A stretch of DNA of 64,000 bases, taken from contig NC_043005.1 of NCBI RefSeq assembly GCF_006345805.1, forward strand, positions 2,976,001-3,040,000. The letters are read 5' to 3'. Position 1 is the stretch's first letter, and every line of letters starts with the position of its first letter. This document shows, piece after piece, positions 48,901 through 63,229 of this stretch. The notes beneath the pieces are model-generated. The model was not told the origin of the DNA. It saw nothing but the letters and a program-made list of their open reading frames with translations, and searched no databases. Origin of the DNA: Octopus sinensis. Lineage: Eukaryota. The position numbers were made by a program, and so were the translations under genes.

Positions 48901-49203
48901 GTGGAGGTGCAATGGCCCAGTGGTTTGTGCAGCGGTCTCGCGGTCATAGGATCGCGGTTTCAATTCCCAGACCGGGCGTTATGAGTGTTTATTGAGCGAA
49001 AACACCTAAATCTCCACGAGGCTCCAGCAGGGGGTGGTGGCGGTCCCTGCTGTACTCTTTCGCCACAACATTCTTTCACTCTTTCTTCTGTTGGCCTGCT
49101 CGCTTAGCCAGCAGGGTGGTGTCATTTGAAGGCTAAAACAATGCGAAGCGCATTGTGACCAGCGATGTGTAGCAACATCTGATAGCCTGGTCAGTCACGG
49201 TGA
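48901..49203 (+). mobile_element. tRNA-derived SINE family C inserted in (TA)n
   Basis: TGGCCCAGTGG A box and GGTTTCAATTCC B box; an older relative lies at ~48600-48870. Confidence 0.7.
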
Positions 49204-49914
49204 TATATATATATATATAAAATCTGCCAGTCCACTCTGTAAAGTGGTTGGTGTTAGGAAGAGCATCCAGCTGTAGGAACCATGCTTGGCACAATCTCAA
49301 AGTTTACCAACTCTTCTCAAACCGCTCCACCCATGCCAACATGGAAGACAGACATTAAATGATGATATTATGAGTCATGTTTATGGATGTGGAGATGGCT
49401 AAGTGGTTAATAAGTTTACTTTTCCCGCATGTGCTGAGCTCCTGGCTATGATTCTGTTGGATAAGGACCTCATGAGCCAATGTGCTTGGGTTAACTGAAA
49501 ACTTGTGGTGAAAGTGGACAGGCACCAGCCACAAAAACTTGTCCGATGGGCTGCAATCTGAATGTCCAGCCTCATCACTTTGTGTTACCCTCAGAGTTAC
49601 GCATTTCTGTAGAATATTCTGAAGCATTGTACTTTTAAGTAAGGCTTTCGTTTGATCTCACATAACATTCTAAGTGGAAGAGTCCATTAAACAGGTACAG
49701 AAAGGGGCACAAGCATGGGTGGGTGGTTAAGACATTCCAGCTATGCAGTTTCAGGTTCAGTCTCAATGCATGACACTTCAAGCAAATTCTTTTTACTGTC
49801 ATCCTGGGCCAACCAAAGCCTTGTGAGTGAATTTGGTAGACAGAAACTGAAAGAAGCTTGTTGCATGCATGTTTCTGTGAGTGTGATGGACAAAATACAT
49901 TGCTAAAATTGCCA

Positions 49915-50600
49915 AGAAGTCTGAGAGTGTCTTGGCATCACTCACCAAATCCTTTGTGAGCCGCTCTCCGACTATCTATCTGCGGCTTTATATAGCTATG
50001 GTAAGACCTCACCTGGAATTTGCATCACCGGTCTGGAACCCCTATCTTGCCCAGGATATTAATCGTCTGGAAACCGTTCAGTGACGTGCAACCAAGAGAT
50101 TTACCCTCCATCAGGCATTTGCCATATTCTGAACGCCCTACTTCCCTGGGCATGGATACATTGAAACTCCGATGTCTGGCAACTGACTTGGCAGACGCCC
50201 ATAAAATTATCAACCATCTTACAAACAATAACTCTGAGCACTTTTTCAAACTCCACCTGTCTAACAACCATGGATATCTTTACAAAGTCAGAAAACAGCA
50301 CAGCTCCCATGACTTTCGGAAACATTTTTTCACGCTGAGAGTTGCTGAAGCATGGAACAAACTGCCGGCATCAGTTGTTAGTTGTCGGAGCACTGCATCC
50401 TTCAAAACTTCCATGCTTTCTGAGATTCGCCAACACTACACCTGATTTTCTCCCCTCCATACACACACAAGCATGTATCTGACTCATACATTGTTCGCTT
50501 TCCAGACATTTGTACATTACTGCACATGCTTTATATGCACTTTTGAAAAGTTGTGGTGCACCTGAGCACTGTATACAATAATTTCATTATTATTATTTTA
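49915..50600 (+). mobile_element. CR1-type LINE 3' fragment
   Basis: YIAMVRPHLEFASPVWNPY..INRLETVQ and RKHFFTLRVAEAWNKLPASVV...FK; ends in (ATT)n. Confidence 0.88.
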
Positions 50601-51264
50601 TTATTTATATTTCTATCTCCTTGTCTTGACATTATGTGGTCGTTGTAAATGAAAGTCACCACCATACAAGCAGGGTGGTTCATGTCCAATATTCTGTAAG
50701 TTCCTGTCTAACCATGTGGAAATATTACTTTGCTTTTAACAGGTGATGATTGGCAACAGGAAGGGCATGCAACCACAGGATATCTACCTCAAGGAACTCC
50801 AGTTGACCCATGCAAACCTCAATAAAAGGATGTTGAAATGCTGATGATAAATGTGTGATGCAAGGTTAGCAGAGAATAGGTGCTGATCAGTATCGAAATG
50901 ATTGGAAATGGCCACCACGACGAGGAGGAAAAGGATTTAGCTGAACAATTTGAGCCAAAATGGAAAAGAATGGTGCAATCAAGAAAGGAGTGGAAGCACA
51001 GTGTGACTAGCAGTGTATAACAAGGTAACACCACCACCCAACAGTCTGATGGATACAGGTGAGTGACGTGTGTGTGAGGTAATCCTATAGAATCACAGGA
51101 TTGACCAAACTATCAGATGTTATACATCACTAGTCACAATGAGCTTTGCATCATTTTACATTTCAAATGATGCCACCCTGCTAGCTAGATGAGCAGGCTG
51201 ACATCTACCCTTGATTGAGAGGCTTCTCTGTCACAGGGTGACTTGCCTTCACAATCTTAAAGAA

Positions 51265-51424
51265 TCATCATCATCATCGTTTAACGTCCGTTTTCCGTGC
51301 TGGCATGGGTTGGACGGTTTGACTGAGAGCTGGCAAGCCAGGAGGCCACACCAGGCTATAATCTGATCTGGCAATGTTTCTACGGCTGGATGCCCTAACA
51401 CCAACCAGTCTGAGAGTGTTGTTG
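51265..51424 (-). mobile_element. RTE 3'-end fragment continuing into the 66-bp array
   Basis: (ATC)n CGTTTAACGTCCG ... CTGGATGCCC ... GAGAGTGTTGTTGGTGC runs directly into unit 1. Confidence 0.9.
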
Positions 51425-54400
51425 GTGCCTTTTACGTGCCACTGGCACTAGGGTGAGTCAGGTGGTACAGGTAATGGTCACGTTCAGATAGTGCCTTTTA
51501 CATGCCACTGGCACTAGGGTGAGTCAGGTGGTACAGGTAATGGTCACGTTCAGATAGTGCCTTTTACGTGCCACTGGCACTAGGGTGAGTCAGGTGGTAC
51601 AGGTAATGGTCACGTTCAGATAGTGCCTTTTACATGCCACTGGCACTAGGGTGAGTCAGGTGGTACAGGTAATGGTCACGTTCAGATAGTGCCTTTTACA
51701 TGCCACTGGCACTAGGGTGAGTCAGGTGGTACAGGTAATGGTCACGTTCAGATAGTGCCTTTTACGTGCCACTGGCACTAGGGTGAGTCAGGTGGTACAG
51801 GTAATGGTCACGTTCAGATAGTGCCTTTTACGTGCCACTGGCACTAGGGCGAGTCAGGTGGTACAGGTAATGGTCACGTTCAGATAGTGCCTTTTACGTG
51901 CCACTGGCACTAGGGCGAGTCAGGTGGTACAGGTAATGGTCACGTTCAGATAGTGCCTTTTACGTGCCACTGGCACTAGGGTGAGTCAGGTGGTACAGGT
52001 AATGGTCACGTTCAGATAGTGCCTTTTACGTGCCACTGGCACTAGGGCGAGTCAGGTGGTACAGGTAATGGTCACGTTCAGATAGTGCCTTTTACATGCC
52101 ACTGGCACTAGGGTGAGTCAGGTGGTACAGGTAATGGTCACGTTCAGATAGTGCCTTTTACATGCCACTGGCACTAGGTGAGTCAGGTGGTACAGGTAAT
52201 GGTCACGTTCAGATAGTGCCTTTTACGTGCCACTGGCACTAGGGCGAGTCAGTGGTACAGGTAATGGTCACGTTCAGATAGTGCCTTTTACGTGCCACTG
52301 GCACTAGGGCGAGTCAGGTGGTACAGGTAATGGTCACGTTCAGATAGTGCCTTTTACGTGCCACTGGCACTAGGGCGAGTCAGGTGGTACAGGTAATGGT
52401 CACGTTCAGATAGTGCCTTTTACGTGCCACTGGCACTAGGGCGAGTCAGGTGGTACAGGTAATGGTCACGTTCAGATAGTGCCTTTTACGTGCCACTGGC
52501 ACTAGGGCGAGTCAGGTGGTACAGGTAATGGTCACGTTCAGATAGTGCCTTTTACATGCCACTGGCACTAGGGCGAGTCAGGTGGTACAGGTAATGGTCA
52601 CGTTCAGATAGTGCCTTTTACGTGCCACTGGCACTAGGGCGAGTCAGGTGGTACAGGTAATGGTCACGTTCAGATAGTGCCTTTTACGTGCCACTGGCAC
52701 TAGGGCGAGTCAGGTGGTACAGGTAATGGTCACGTTCAGATAGTGCCTTTTACGTGCCACTGGCACTAGGGCGAGTCAGGTGGTACAGGTAATGGTCACG
52801 TTCAGATAGTGCCTTTTACGTGCCACTGGCACTAGGGCGAGTCAGGTGGTACAGGTAATGGTCACGTTCAGATAGTGCCTTTTACGTGCCACTGGCACTA
52901 GGGCGAGTCAGGTGGTACAGGTAATGGTCACGTTCAGATAGTGCCTTTTACGTGCCACTGGCACTAGGGCGAGTCAGGTGGTACAGGTAATGGTCACGTT
53001 CAGATAGTGCCTTTTACATGCCACTGGCACTAGGGCGAGTCAGGTGGTACAGGTAATGGTCACGTTCAGATAGTGCCTTTTACGTGCCACTGGCACTAGG
53101 CGAGTCAGGTGGTACAGGTAATGGTCACGTTCAGATAGTGCCTTTTACGTGCCACTGGCACTAGGGCGAGTCAGGTGGTACAGGTAATGGTCACGTTCAG
53201 ATAGTGCCTTTTACATGCCACTGGCACTAGGGCGAGTCAGGTGGTACAGGTAATGGTCACGTTCAGATAGTGCCTTTTACGTGCCACTGGCACTAGGGCG
53301 AGTCAGGTGGTACAGGTAATGGTCACGTTCAGATAGTGCCTTTTACGTGCCACTGGCACTAGGGCGAGTCAGGTGGTACAGGTAATGGTCACGTTCAGAT
53401 AGTGCCTTTTACGTGCCACTGGCACTAGGGCGAGTCAGGTGGTACAGGTAATGGTCACGTTCAGATAGTGCCTTTTACATGCCACTGGCACTAGGGCGAG
53501 TCAGGTGGTACAGGTAATGGTCACGTTCAGATAGTGCCTTTTACGTGCCACTGGCACTAGGGCGAGTCAGGTGGTACAGGTAATGGTCACGTTCAGATAG
53601 TGCCTTTTACGTGCCACTGGCACTAGGGCGAGTCAGGTGGTACAGTAATGGTCACGTTCAGATAGTGCCTTTTACGTGCCACTGGCACTAGGGCGAGTCA
53701 GGTGGTACAGGTAATGGTCACGTTCAGATAGTGCCTTTTACATGCCACTGGCACTAGGGCGAGTCAGGTGGTACAGTAATGGTCACGTTCAGATAGTGCC
53801 TTTTACGTGCCACTGGCACTAGGGCGAGTCAGGTGGTACAGGTAATGGTCACGTTCAGATAGTGCCTTTTACGTGCCACTGGCACTAGGGCGAGTCAGGT
53901 GGTACAGGTAATGGTCACGTTCAGATAGTGCCTTTTACGTGCCACTGGCACTAGGGCGAGTCAGGTGGTACAGGTAATGGTCACGTTCAGATAGTGCCTT
54001 TTACGTGCCACTGGCACTAGGGCGAGTCAGGTGGTACAGGTATGGTCACGTTCAGATAGTGCCTTTTACGTGCCACTGGCACTAGGGCGAGTCAGGTGGT
54101 ACAGGTATGGTCACGTTCAGATAGTGCCTTTTACGTGCCACTGGCACTAGGGTGAGTCAGGTGGTACAGGTAATGGTCACGTTCAGATAGTGCCTTTTAC
54201 ATGCCACTGGCACTAGGGTGAGTCAGGTGGTACAGGTAATGGTCACGTTCAGATAGTGCCTTTTACATGCCACTGGCACTAGGGCGAGTCAGGTGGTACA
54301 GGTAATGGTCACGTTCAGATAGTGCCTTTTACGTGCCACTGGCACTAGGGCGAGTCAGGTGGTACAGGTAATGGTCACGTTCAGATAGTGCCTTTTACAT

Positions 54401-57400
54401 GCCACTGGCACTAGGGTGAGTCAGTGGTACAGGTAATGGTCACGTTCAGATAGTGCCTTTTACATGCCACTGGCACTAGGGTGAGTCAGGTGGTACAGGT
54501 AATGGTCACGTTCAGATAGTGCCTTTTACATGCCACTGGCACTAGGGCGAGTCAGGTGGTACAGGTAATGGTCACGTTCAGATAGTGCCTTTTACGTGCC
54601 ACTGGCACTAGGGCGAGTCAGGTGGTACAGGTAATGGTCACGTTCAGATAGTGCCTTTTACGTGCCACTGGCACTAGGGCGAGTCAGGTGGTACAGGTAA
54701 TGGTCACGTTCAGATAGTGCCTTTTACGTGCCACTGCACTAGGGCGAGTCAGGTGGTACAGGTAATGGTCACGTTCAGATAGTGCCTTTTACATGCCACT
54801 GGCACTAGGGTGAGTCAGGTGGTACAGGTAATGGTCACGTTCAGATAGTGCCTTTTACGTGCCACTGGCACTAGGGTGAGTCAGGTGGTACAGGTAATGG
54901 TCACGTTCAGATAGTGCCTTTTACGTGCCACTGGCACTAGGGCGAGTCAGGTGGTACAGGTAATGGTCACGTTCAGATAGTGCCTTTTACGTGCCACTGG
55001 CACTAGGGCGAGTCAGTGGTACAGGTAATGGTCACGTTCAGATAGTGCCTTTTACGTGCCACTGGCACTAGGGCGAGACAGGTGGTACAGGTAATGGTCA
55101 CGTTCAGATAGTGCCTTTTACGTGCCACTGGCACTAGGGCGAGTCAGGTGGTACAGGTAATGGTCACGTTCAGATAGTGCCTTTTACGTGCCACTGGCAC
55201 TAGGGCGAGTCAGGTGGTACAGGTAATGGTCACGTTCAGATAGTGCCTTTTACGTGCCACTGGCACTAGGGCGAGTCAGGTGGTACAGTAATGGTCACGT
55301 TCAGATAGTGCCTTTTACGTGCCACTGGCACTAGGGCGAGTCAGGTGGTACAGGTAATGGTCACGTTCAGATAGTGCCTTTTACGTGCCACTGGCACTAG
55401 GGCGAGTCAGGTGGTACAGGTAATGGTCACGTTCAGATAGTGCCTTTTACGTGCCACTGGCACTAGGGCGAGTCAGGTGGTACAGGTAATGGTCACGTTC
55501 AGATAGTGCCTTTTACGTGCCACTGGCACTAGGGCGAGTCAGGTGGTACAGGTAATGGTCACGTTCAGATAGTGCCTTTTACATGCCACTGGCACTAGGG
55601 TGAGTCAGGGGTACAGGTAATGGTCACGTTCAGATAGTGCCTTTTACATGCCACTGGCACTAGGGTGAGTCAGGTGGTACAGGTAATGGTCACGTTCAGA
55701 TAGTGCCTTTTACGTGCCACTGGCACTAGGGCGAGTCAGGTGTACAGGTAATGGTCACGTTCAGATAGTGCCTTTTACATGCCACTGGCACTAGGGTGAG
55801 TCAGGTGGTACAGGTAATGGTCACGTTCAGATAGTGCCTTTTACATGCCACTGGCACTAGGGCGAGTCAGGTGGTACAGGTAATGGTCACGTTCAGATAG
55901 TGCCTTTTACATGCCACTGGCACTAGGGTGAGTCAGGTGGTACAGGTAATGGTCACGTTCAGATAGTGCCTTTTACGTGCCACTGGCACTAGGGCGAGTC
56001 AGGTGGTACAGGTAATGGTCACGTTCAGATAGTGCCTTTTACATGCCACTGGCACTAGGGTGAGTCAGGTGGTACAGGTAATGGTCACGTTCAGATAGTG
56101 CCTTTTACATGCCACTGGCACTAGGGTGAGTCAGGTGGTACAGGTAATGGTCACGTTCAGATAGTGCCTTTTACATGCCACTGGCACTAGGGCGAGTCAG
56201 GTGGTACAGGTAATGGTCACGTTCAGATAGTGCCTTTTACATGCCACTGGCACTAGGGCGAGTCAGGTGGTACAGGTAATGGTCACGTTCAGATAGTGCC
56301 TTTTACATGCCACTGGCACTAGGGTGAGTCAGGTGGTACAGGTAATGGTCACGTTCAGATAGTGCCTTTTACATGCCACTGGCACTAGGGTGAGTCAGGT
56401 GGTACAGGTAATGGTCACGTTCAGATAGTGCCTTTTACATGCCACTGGCACTAGGGTGAGTCAGGTGGTACAGGTAATGGTCACGTTCAGATAGTGCCTT
56501 TTACGTGCCACTGGCACTAGGGCGAGTCAGGTGGTACAGGTAATGGTCACGTTCAGATAGTGCCTTTTACGTGCCACTGGCACTAGGGCGAGTCAGGTGG
56601 TACAGGTAATGGTCACGTTCAGATAGTGCCTTTTACGTGCCACTGGCACTAGGGCGAGTCAGGTGGTACAGGTAATGGTCACGTTCAGATAGTGCCTTTT
56701 ACATGCCACTGGCACTAGGGTGAGTCAGGTGGTACAGGTAATGGTCACGTTCAGATAGTGCCTTTTACGTGCCACTGGCACTAGGGCGAGTCAGGTGGTA
56801 CAGGTAATGGTCACGTTCAGATAGTGCCTTTTACGTGCCACTGGCACTAGGGCGAGTCAGGTGGTACAGGTAATGGTCACGTTCAGATAGTGCCTTTTAC
56901 GTGCCACTGGCACTAGGGCGAGTCAGGTGGTACAGGTAATGGTCACGTTCAGATAGTGCCTTTTACGTGCCACTGGCACTAGGGCGAGTCAGGTGGTACA
57001 GGTAATGGTCACGTTCAGATAGTGCCTTTTACGTGCCACTGGCACTAGGGCGAGTCAGGTGGTACAGGTAATGGTCACGTTCAGATAGTGCCTTTTACGT
57101 GCCACTGGCACTAGGGCGAGTCAGGTGGTACAGGTAATGGTCACGTTCAGATAGTGCCTTTTACGTGCCACTGGCACTAGGGCGAGTCAGGTGGTACAGG
57201 TAATGGTCACGTTCAGATAGTGCCTTTTACGTGCCACTGGCACTAGGGCGAGTCAGGTGGTACAGGTAATGGTCACGTTCAGATAGTGCCTTTTACGTGC
57301 CACTGGCACTAGGGCGAGTCAGGTGGTACAGGTAATGGTCACGTTCAGATAGTGCCTTTTACGTGCCACTGGCACTAGGGCGAGTCAGGTGGTACAGGTA

Positions 57401-57572
57401 ATGGTCACGTTCAGATAGTGCCCTTTACGTGCCACTGGCACTAGGGTGAGTCAGGTGGTACAGGTAATGGTCACGTTCAGATAGTGCCTTTTACGTGCCA
57501 CTGGCACTAGGGCGAGTCAGGTGGTACAGGTAATGGTCACGTTCAGATAGTGCCTTTTACGTGCCACTGGCA
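51425..57572. repeat. Homogeneous 66-bp tandem array, ~93 units
   Basis: Unit CTTTTAC(G/A)TGCCACTGGCACTAGGG(C/T)GAGTCAGGTGGTACAGGTAATGGTCACGTTCAGATAGTGC; stop codons in all six frames; no spacers. Confidence 0.98.
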
Positions 57573-58722
57573 CATCTCAACATCATTCACATGTGCCTGA
57601 CTCGGGCTCAGAAGTTACAGCCCGAGTTGTTATCAATAATTGTAAAAATTAAAAGTAATTCAAACTCAATGTTTTCTTGAAACCAAAAATTTCTATAGAG
57701 ATTAGGATTTAAATTCCAATCTATGAAAAGTTTCCGGTCTACAATACTCTTAAAGGAACGAAAAATTACCCAGCAACTCGGACTAATTCGAATGAGCCTG
57801 GTAGGTGTAAGAGACTAACTGGCATCTCTTGTCAAGAGTACAGGTGACAGATCACTGATGTTTGTTGTACAATCCGCTATCGTTATTTGATTGCTGTTAT
57901 TCTGTCCGTCTGTGTGTAAAGATCAGTTGTGTTTTGCAGGGTTGTTTTATTTTTATTCCCAACTTAGAAATGGAGAAAGATATAGAATCAGATATAAGAG
58001 TTAAGCCATTTGGGGCTAGAAATATTGCGGAAAAACGTGAAATTCTTCGAGCAGGCATATGTCTTATGCGAAATTTGTGATGAGCCTGAGTGATGCTGAT
58101 GACCTGGAGTCGCCTCTGAGATATATATATATTATATATATATATAGATAATCCTATAGAGTCGGAAATTACACACACACACACTACATATTTGTACATA
58201 CACGCTACGCATGTGTATATAAACATATATACTCACAGGTCCCCACACCTAATTGACTAATGCAACCAGTTTAATATTAATACACAATTTCATTATATAT
58301 TTATGCAGTGTAATGAAGCCTTAGGTTTTCATACATTTCCAAACAATCGAACGATACATAATAAACCCACCCAACATCCAGGACACACGGCCAGGTTAAC
58401 AGATCATTCAGCAGCTGGGGGTGGCGAGAAACACAACTGTTGCACTTGGTAGAGCAATGCCTGTTCCATTCATGTGCGTGTGCATGTGTGCAACACACAC
58501 GCACACACACACATATATATATATTATACACACACACACACATAGACACGTACACATACATAGATATTTACTGGATCTGAAGGGAAATAATATAGAAACG
58601 TGGCCACCAGGATTCTGGGGCGAAGGAGAGAGAAGGGAGAAAAAGAAAGAAAGAGAAGTGAATGGAAATATCGTTAATTCACTGCAATAAATGGCTTTAT
58701 TATAGCTGAATGAACATAGAGT

Positions 58723-58758
<36 letters not shown>

Positions 58759-60286
58759 TGTGTGTGTGGGCGTGAGACGTGTGTTTGAAAGAGTTGTAAG
58801 TGGAAATAGGACATTGCGTGTGTCTTGTCGAATGAAGGATATAAATGCGTTGTGTCTGTGTGGGAGGAGGAGGAGGAGACGGTAGGAAAATGTTGAGGAA
58901 ATTCAACAACGTTGACAATCTTTGCTCAACTTTCCGTCCTCACTCAGACGGGGGAATAAAACTAGCCCCTCCGTATATTTAATATCAACAAAATCGTGTG
59001 TGTGTGTGTGTACAAAGTGTTGTAGCAGTCGCCCTCCCATAGAGCAAATGTAAAAAAAGAAATAATTATATATAAAATCAATTTACTGCTTATGACTAGG
59101 TCGAGTCTTTCTAATTTAACAGTATTGACTATATAGATATAAACACACAAATATACACATAAAGTGTGTGTGTGTGTGTGTATGCGTGAGTGTGTACCGT
59201 ATATGTAAACGGTAGCAATTGTGTCTGGGAGAAAAGCAATAAAGTAAAGCTACCAATTTTAACATCAGAGGCTAATAATGTGGGTGGAACAATCCAGACG
59301 AAGGGAAACTGAGGAGGAAAGTAAAACAAAATAATTGACGTAAATAAAAAAAAGTTCTTAAACGAGACGTGTAACGAAATGCATATACTCGTGTAAGACT
59401 GCCAGGTGGAAAATCTGAAACAAGGGTCAATAAATATAAAATCTGGGCCTTAATATTAGATACAAGAACAACCGACGAACCCTCTCCGCTGTGCTCGATC
59501 TACTAGAAATAGCTGTTAAATGTCCCTCAAATTAAACCCTACCTTTAAAAAAATTATATATTAGATAATGTATCCTAGATGTATATTTCCTGGGAAGGGG
59601 GACGGAGTGATGGCTTGGGTGTTTCTGCTAATGATTGCTTCATCAAGGGGCGAAGGTGTTGAGGTGTTTTAAATACTGAACATGAAGAATGTTAAGACAT
59701 CTGCAACGGGATGTCCAAGGAACTGGCACAGAACACACACGCACAGGGTGGAGAGGCCTAATGTAGTACGTCGGAGTACGCAATGTCAGGATGGCCACAG
59801 CTGGAGCGCTATCGATTAAAGCTGACCCAGTTAAACAACAAGTGTATGCGCAACACCAGAGGAGGAGGACGACCGCAATATTTGAGGCAGAGAATGTTTA
59901 AAAGACTACAGTCCTCCGAGAGCAAACTTTATACCGTAAAAACAGAAAATTTGTCCCACTGAGAGCCCCCCCCCTCCACCTCCAATACACTGTATACTAA
60001 CAGCAAATATTTCTATGTGAGTGTGTGTGTGTGTATGTATTTATATAATGTTTATGTGGGTATAAAGATTCAATGCTATGAGTATGGAAATTCTTAATTA
60101 GAAATACTTGGGTTGTTTACTTGTGAATATATGTGCGTTTATTTAGAAATGCAACACAAAAATGAGAAAAGACCTCAAACAAAACGAAAACAATTTCTTC
60201 CTGAAAGACTAAGTCGACATATGTTGGAATAACAGGGAAAATGGTGTGGTGCCCATGGCTTTCTCAAGAATATTTAGTAGAATAAG

Positions 60287-60620
60287 GTGCAGGCGTGGCT
60301 GTGCGGTAAGAAGATTGCTTCCCACCACATGGTTCTAGGTTCAGTCCCACTGTGTGGCACCTTGGGCAAGTGCCTTCTACTATAGCTTCGGGCCGACTAA
60401 AGCCTTGTGAGTGGATTTGGTAAACGGAGACTGAAAGAAGCGTGTCCATCGCCGCTTGACAACCGGTGCTGATGTGTTTACGTCCTCATGACTTAGCAGT
60501 TCGACAAAATAGGTTAGAACAAGTACTAGGTTTTAAAGTCCTAGAGTCGATTTGTTCGACTAAAACCCTTCACGGCAGTGCTCCAGCATGGCCGCAGTCA
60601 ACTGACTGAAACAAGCAAAA
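60287..60620 (+). mobile_element. SINE family B lacking the internal microsatellite
   Basis: GCAGGCGTGGCTGTGCGG head to GTCAACTGACTGAAACAAG. Confidence 0.85.
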
Positions 60621-62843
60621 TAATAATTGGTCGTTTACTTTCTGTTACATTGGTTCCAGCCAGAAATACCATCAGACTGAATATAGAAATCAAGTTGTGC
60701 CAACGAGAGAGCCTCGACGTGGTCGTTTGATCCGTTGGAAATAGCAGACACACCTCCCTTAGATTACATCCTACAGTCTTTAAAGAAAAAAACACACAGG
60801 ACTAGGTAGTCCTAAATATACAAAATTACGGTATGGTCACGGCTAGAACGTTTTTGCTGGACCAGGTACAACTTGGGATTAAATTAAAAAAGCTTAATTT
60901 TTGCCCTGAACTCTGTACCAACCAACCCCACACGACATTTATATAAAAATGCTTTTGAAGGAAATTTAGGCACAAAGCCAGCAATTTCGGGGTAGAGCGT
61001 AAGTCAATTACATTGATCCCAGTGCTCAAATTGTACTTATTGGTATCGATCTCGAAAGATTGGGAGGCAAAGTTGACCTCGGCAGATTCTGAAGTCAAAA
61101 CTCAGAAGACGGACGAAATGCCGCCAAGCATTTTGCCTGACGTCCTTAACCATTCTGCCAGCACGCTGCTCTGCAATGGTGTTACGATGCTAACAGGAAT
61201 GTTGACCCTAATGTTTGACAATCCCAGAATTCCACAAATAGAGGACGGTGGTAAATAAAGCACAATTTCTAACACTACAACCACTTGAATTGAAACGATT
61301 AAGACATTTTAAACCTTAAAACTTGCAGTTATTGAAGAAATCCAATTAACAGACCTTAGGCACTTTTATTTCTTTTTAAAAGACTGACACCCAGGAAAGA
61401 GGTCAACTGTTGTGTAAGAGTCAGTGAAAATTAGATCGAGTTTGAATTACGTAAAAAGGAAAGTGTTCTTGCAAGGTGGCCTTGCGGCGATTTCAGACAC
61501 AAAGGTAACTAGAAGCGACAGGAAGGGCTGTGTTGAAGGGAGAGAGGGTAAATCAGAGAGTCTGTTACAGAAGTTGTTATTGAAAGAATGCATAATATTC
61601 TAAATAATAAGACTGGGGTGTCTGAGTGAGGAAGGGCTGTTCCAAGAAGTTGGGTGTAACTGCTAAACTCGCTAAGCACGTATTCCTCGTCAGGTCTTGA
61701 CCCAGGTCAAAAGTTCTGTAATCTCTCACAACTGACAAGTTTTCTCACTGTTAAGTCATCTGTGTAGTTTTCAGATTCGTTAATATTGTGGCCATGCAGT
61801 TATTCAGGAAGTCAGAAGTGAGAATGTAAAAAGCTACCACTCCAATATGGTTGGTTATTTCTAGTAGCTCGGCTTCCTGAATGTTTTTTCTCTCTTTACC
61901 AGCGAAAGGACTGTGGTGTTTAATTAAAGGGATCAAATTACATGTTGTGGACAGAAGAGGGACAGAAATTCTGCTGATAAAAATAATTTCGATCAAGCCT
62001 GGACTAATAATTCTATAACACTAAGGAAATAGACTTAAATCAATATACACCAGTATCTTACTGGTACCTCTTATGGTAAAACTTGGATAAACGAAAACCC
62101 TTTCCCGTGTATAATTCGAAACAAACAAGAAAACAAATATGCAACCAGAAGGATTGAGCTGCTAGAAATAGCAGCCGATTTTCCCTCGAATTACAATCTG
62201 CCATTAAAAAAAAGGTGATGGGAGGGCACGTTGGATGCTGCAATCCTGGTTACGTTATATGAGAAAAAAGATGAAATGGTCACAGCTGGAACGTCTTTCA
62301 ACACAGATCTACAAATGAGAGGGGTGATCAACACTTCAACTGCTACTACTGCCAGACACAGATGCAGAGAGAGAGACTGAGGCAAACGATAAGAAAAATA
62401 AATGAGAGAGAGATGGGGATGAAGAAGGACGGATAGATGTGAACATCAACATGGACACAGAGATGACCATAACATACATGCATGCATCTACAAAGATAAA
62501 CAAACATGCACACATACATACATCCTGCATACGTGTATATATAACATATATACACACACATGTAAGAGATGTGGTTGTTGATAGGATATGTAGAGAGAGT
62601 CCGACAAAGACGAAAAGATATACAGCAAGGATATATAGAACGAGAGATATGGTAAGATACATAGGATGTTAGGAGACAAATAATTATAGGCTGGCGAGAT
62701 ACATTCATAATAATTAGGCAAGACAGACAGATAGACATACCCGAAATTCCATCCATAAACAAAATAAATTTTTTAAAAAGCTACCACCTAATATTTTCCT
62801 TCAGACTTAAATATTATTGCAGACGGACTTTTGTGCATGTATG

Positions 62844-62881
<38 letters not shown>

Positions 62882-63029
62882 CATATTAGAGGGAAACCAC
62901 AATGTGGACACCCTTCTGCTAGAAATAGACCCGCCATGGTCTTACCACTAAGAAATGTTCTCAAGAAAAATTTAGCAAAACAACCAAAACGTATTGAGCA
63001 AAACAAAAGAAAAAGCAATAAAAATATGG

Positions 63030-63088
<59 letters not shown>

Positions 63089-63229
63089 ATTATATATATA
63101 GCAAGTGAAGTGCGTGTGTGTATATGAGGTCGCGCGCTCAATGTGGCCGAGGTTGTTTAATTGAGGTAAAGCCAAACCAAATAAACATCGGAATGCTGTC
63201 AGATTACTGACTACAGGTGAACTACTTAC

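Noticed and set aside
51425-57572. 66-bp array as a CRISPR array or a repetitive coding exon
   Set aside because: There are no unique spacers, every unit has stops in all six frames, and the context is eukaryotic and RTE-derived.
57600-57633. Hairpin CTCGGGCT/AGCCCGAG just past the array as a Helitron end or terminator
   Set aside because: No CTRR follows and there is no second copy in the window; an 8-bp stem can occur by chance.
58078-58119. C/D-box snoRNA (GTGATGA ... CTGA)
   Set aside because: Only ~42 nt between the boxes, no terminal stem, and no target I can recognise.
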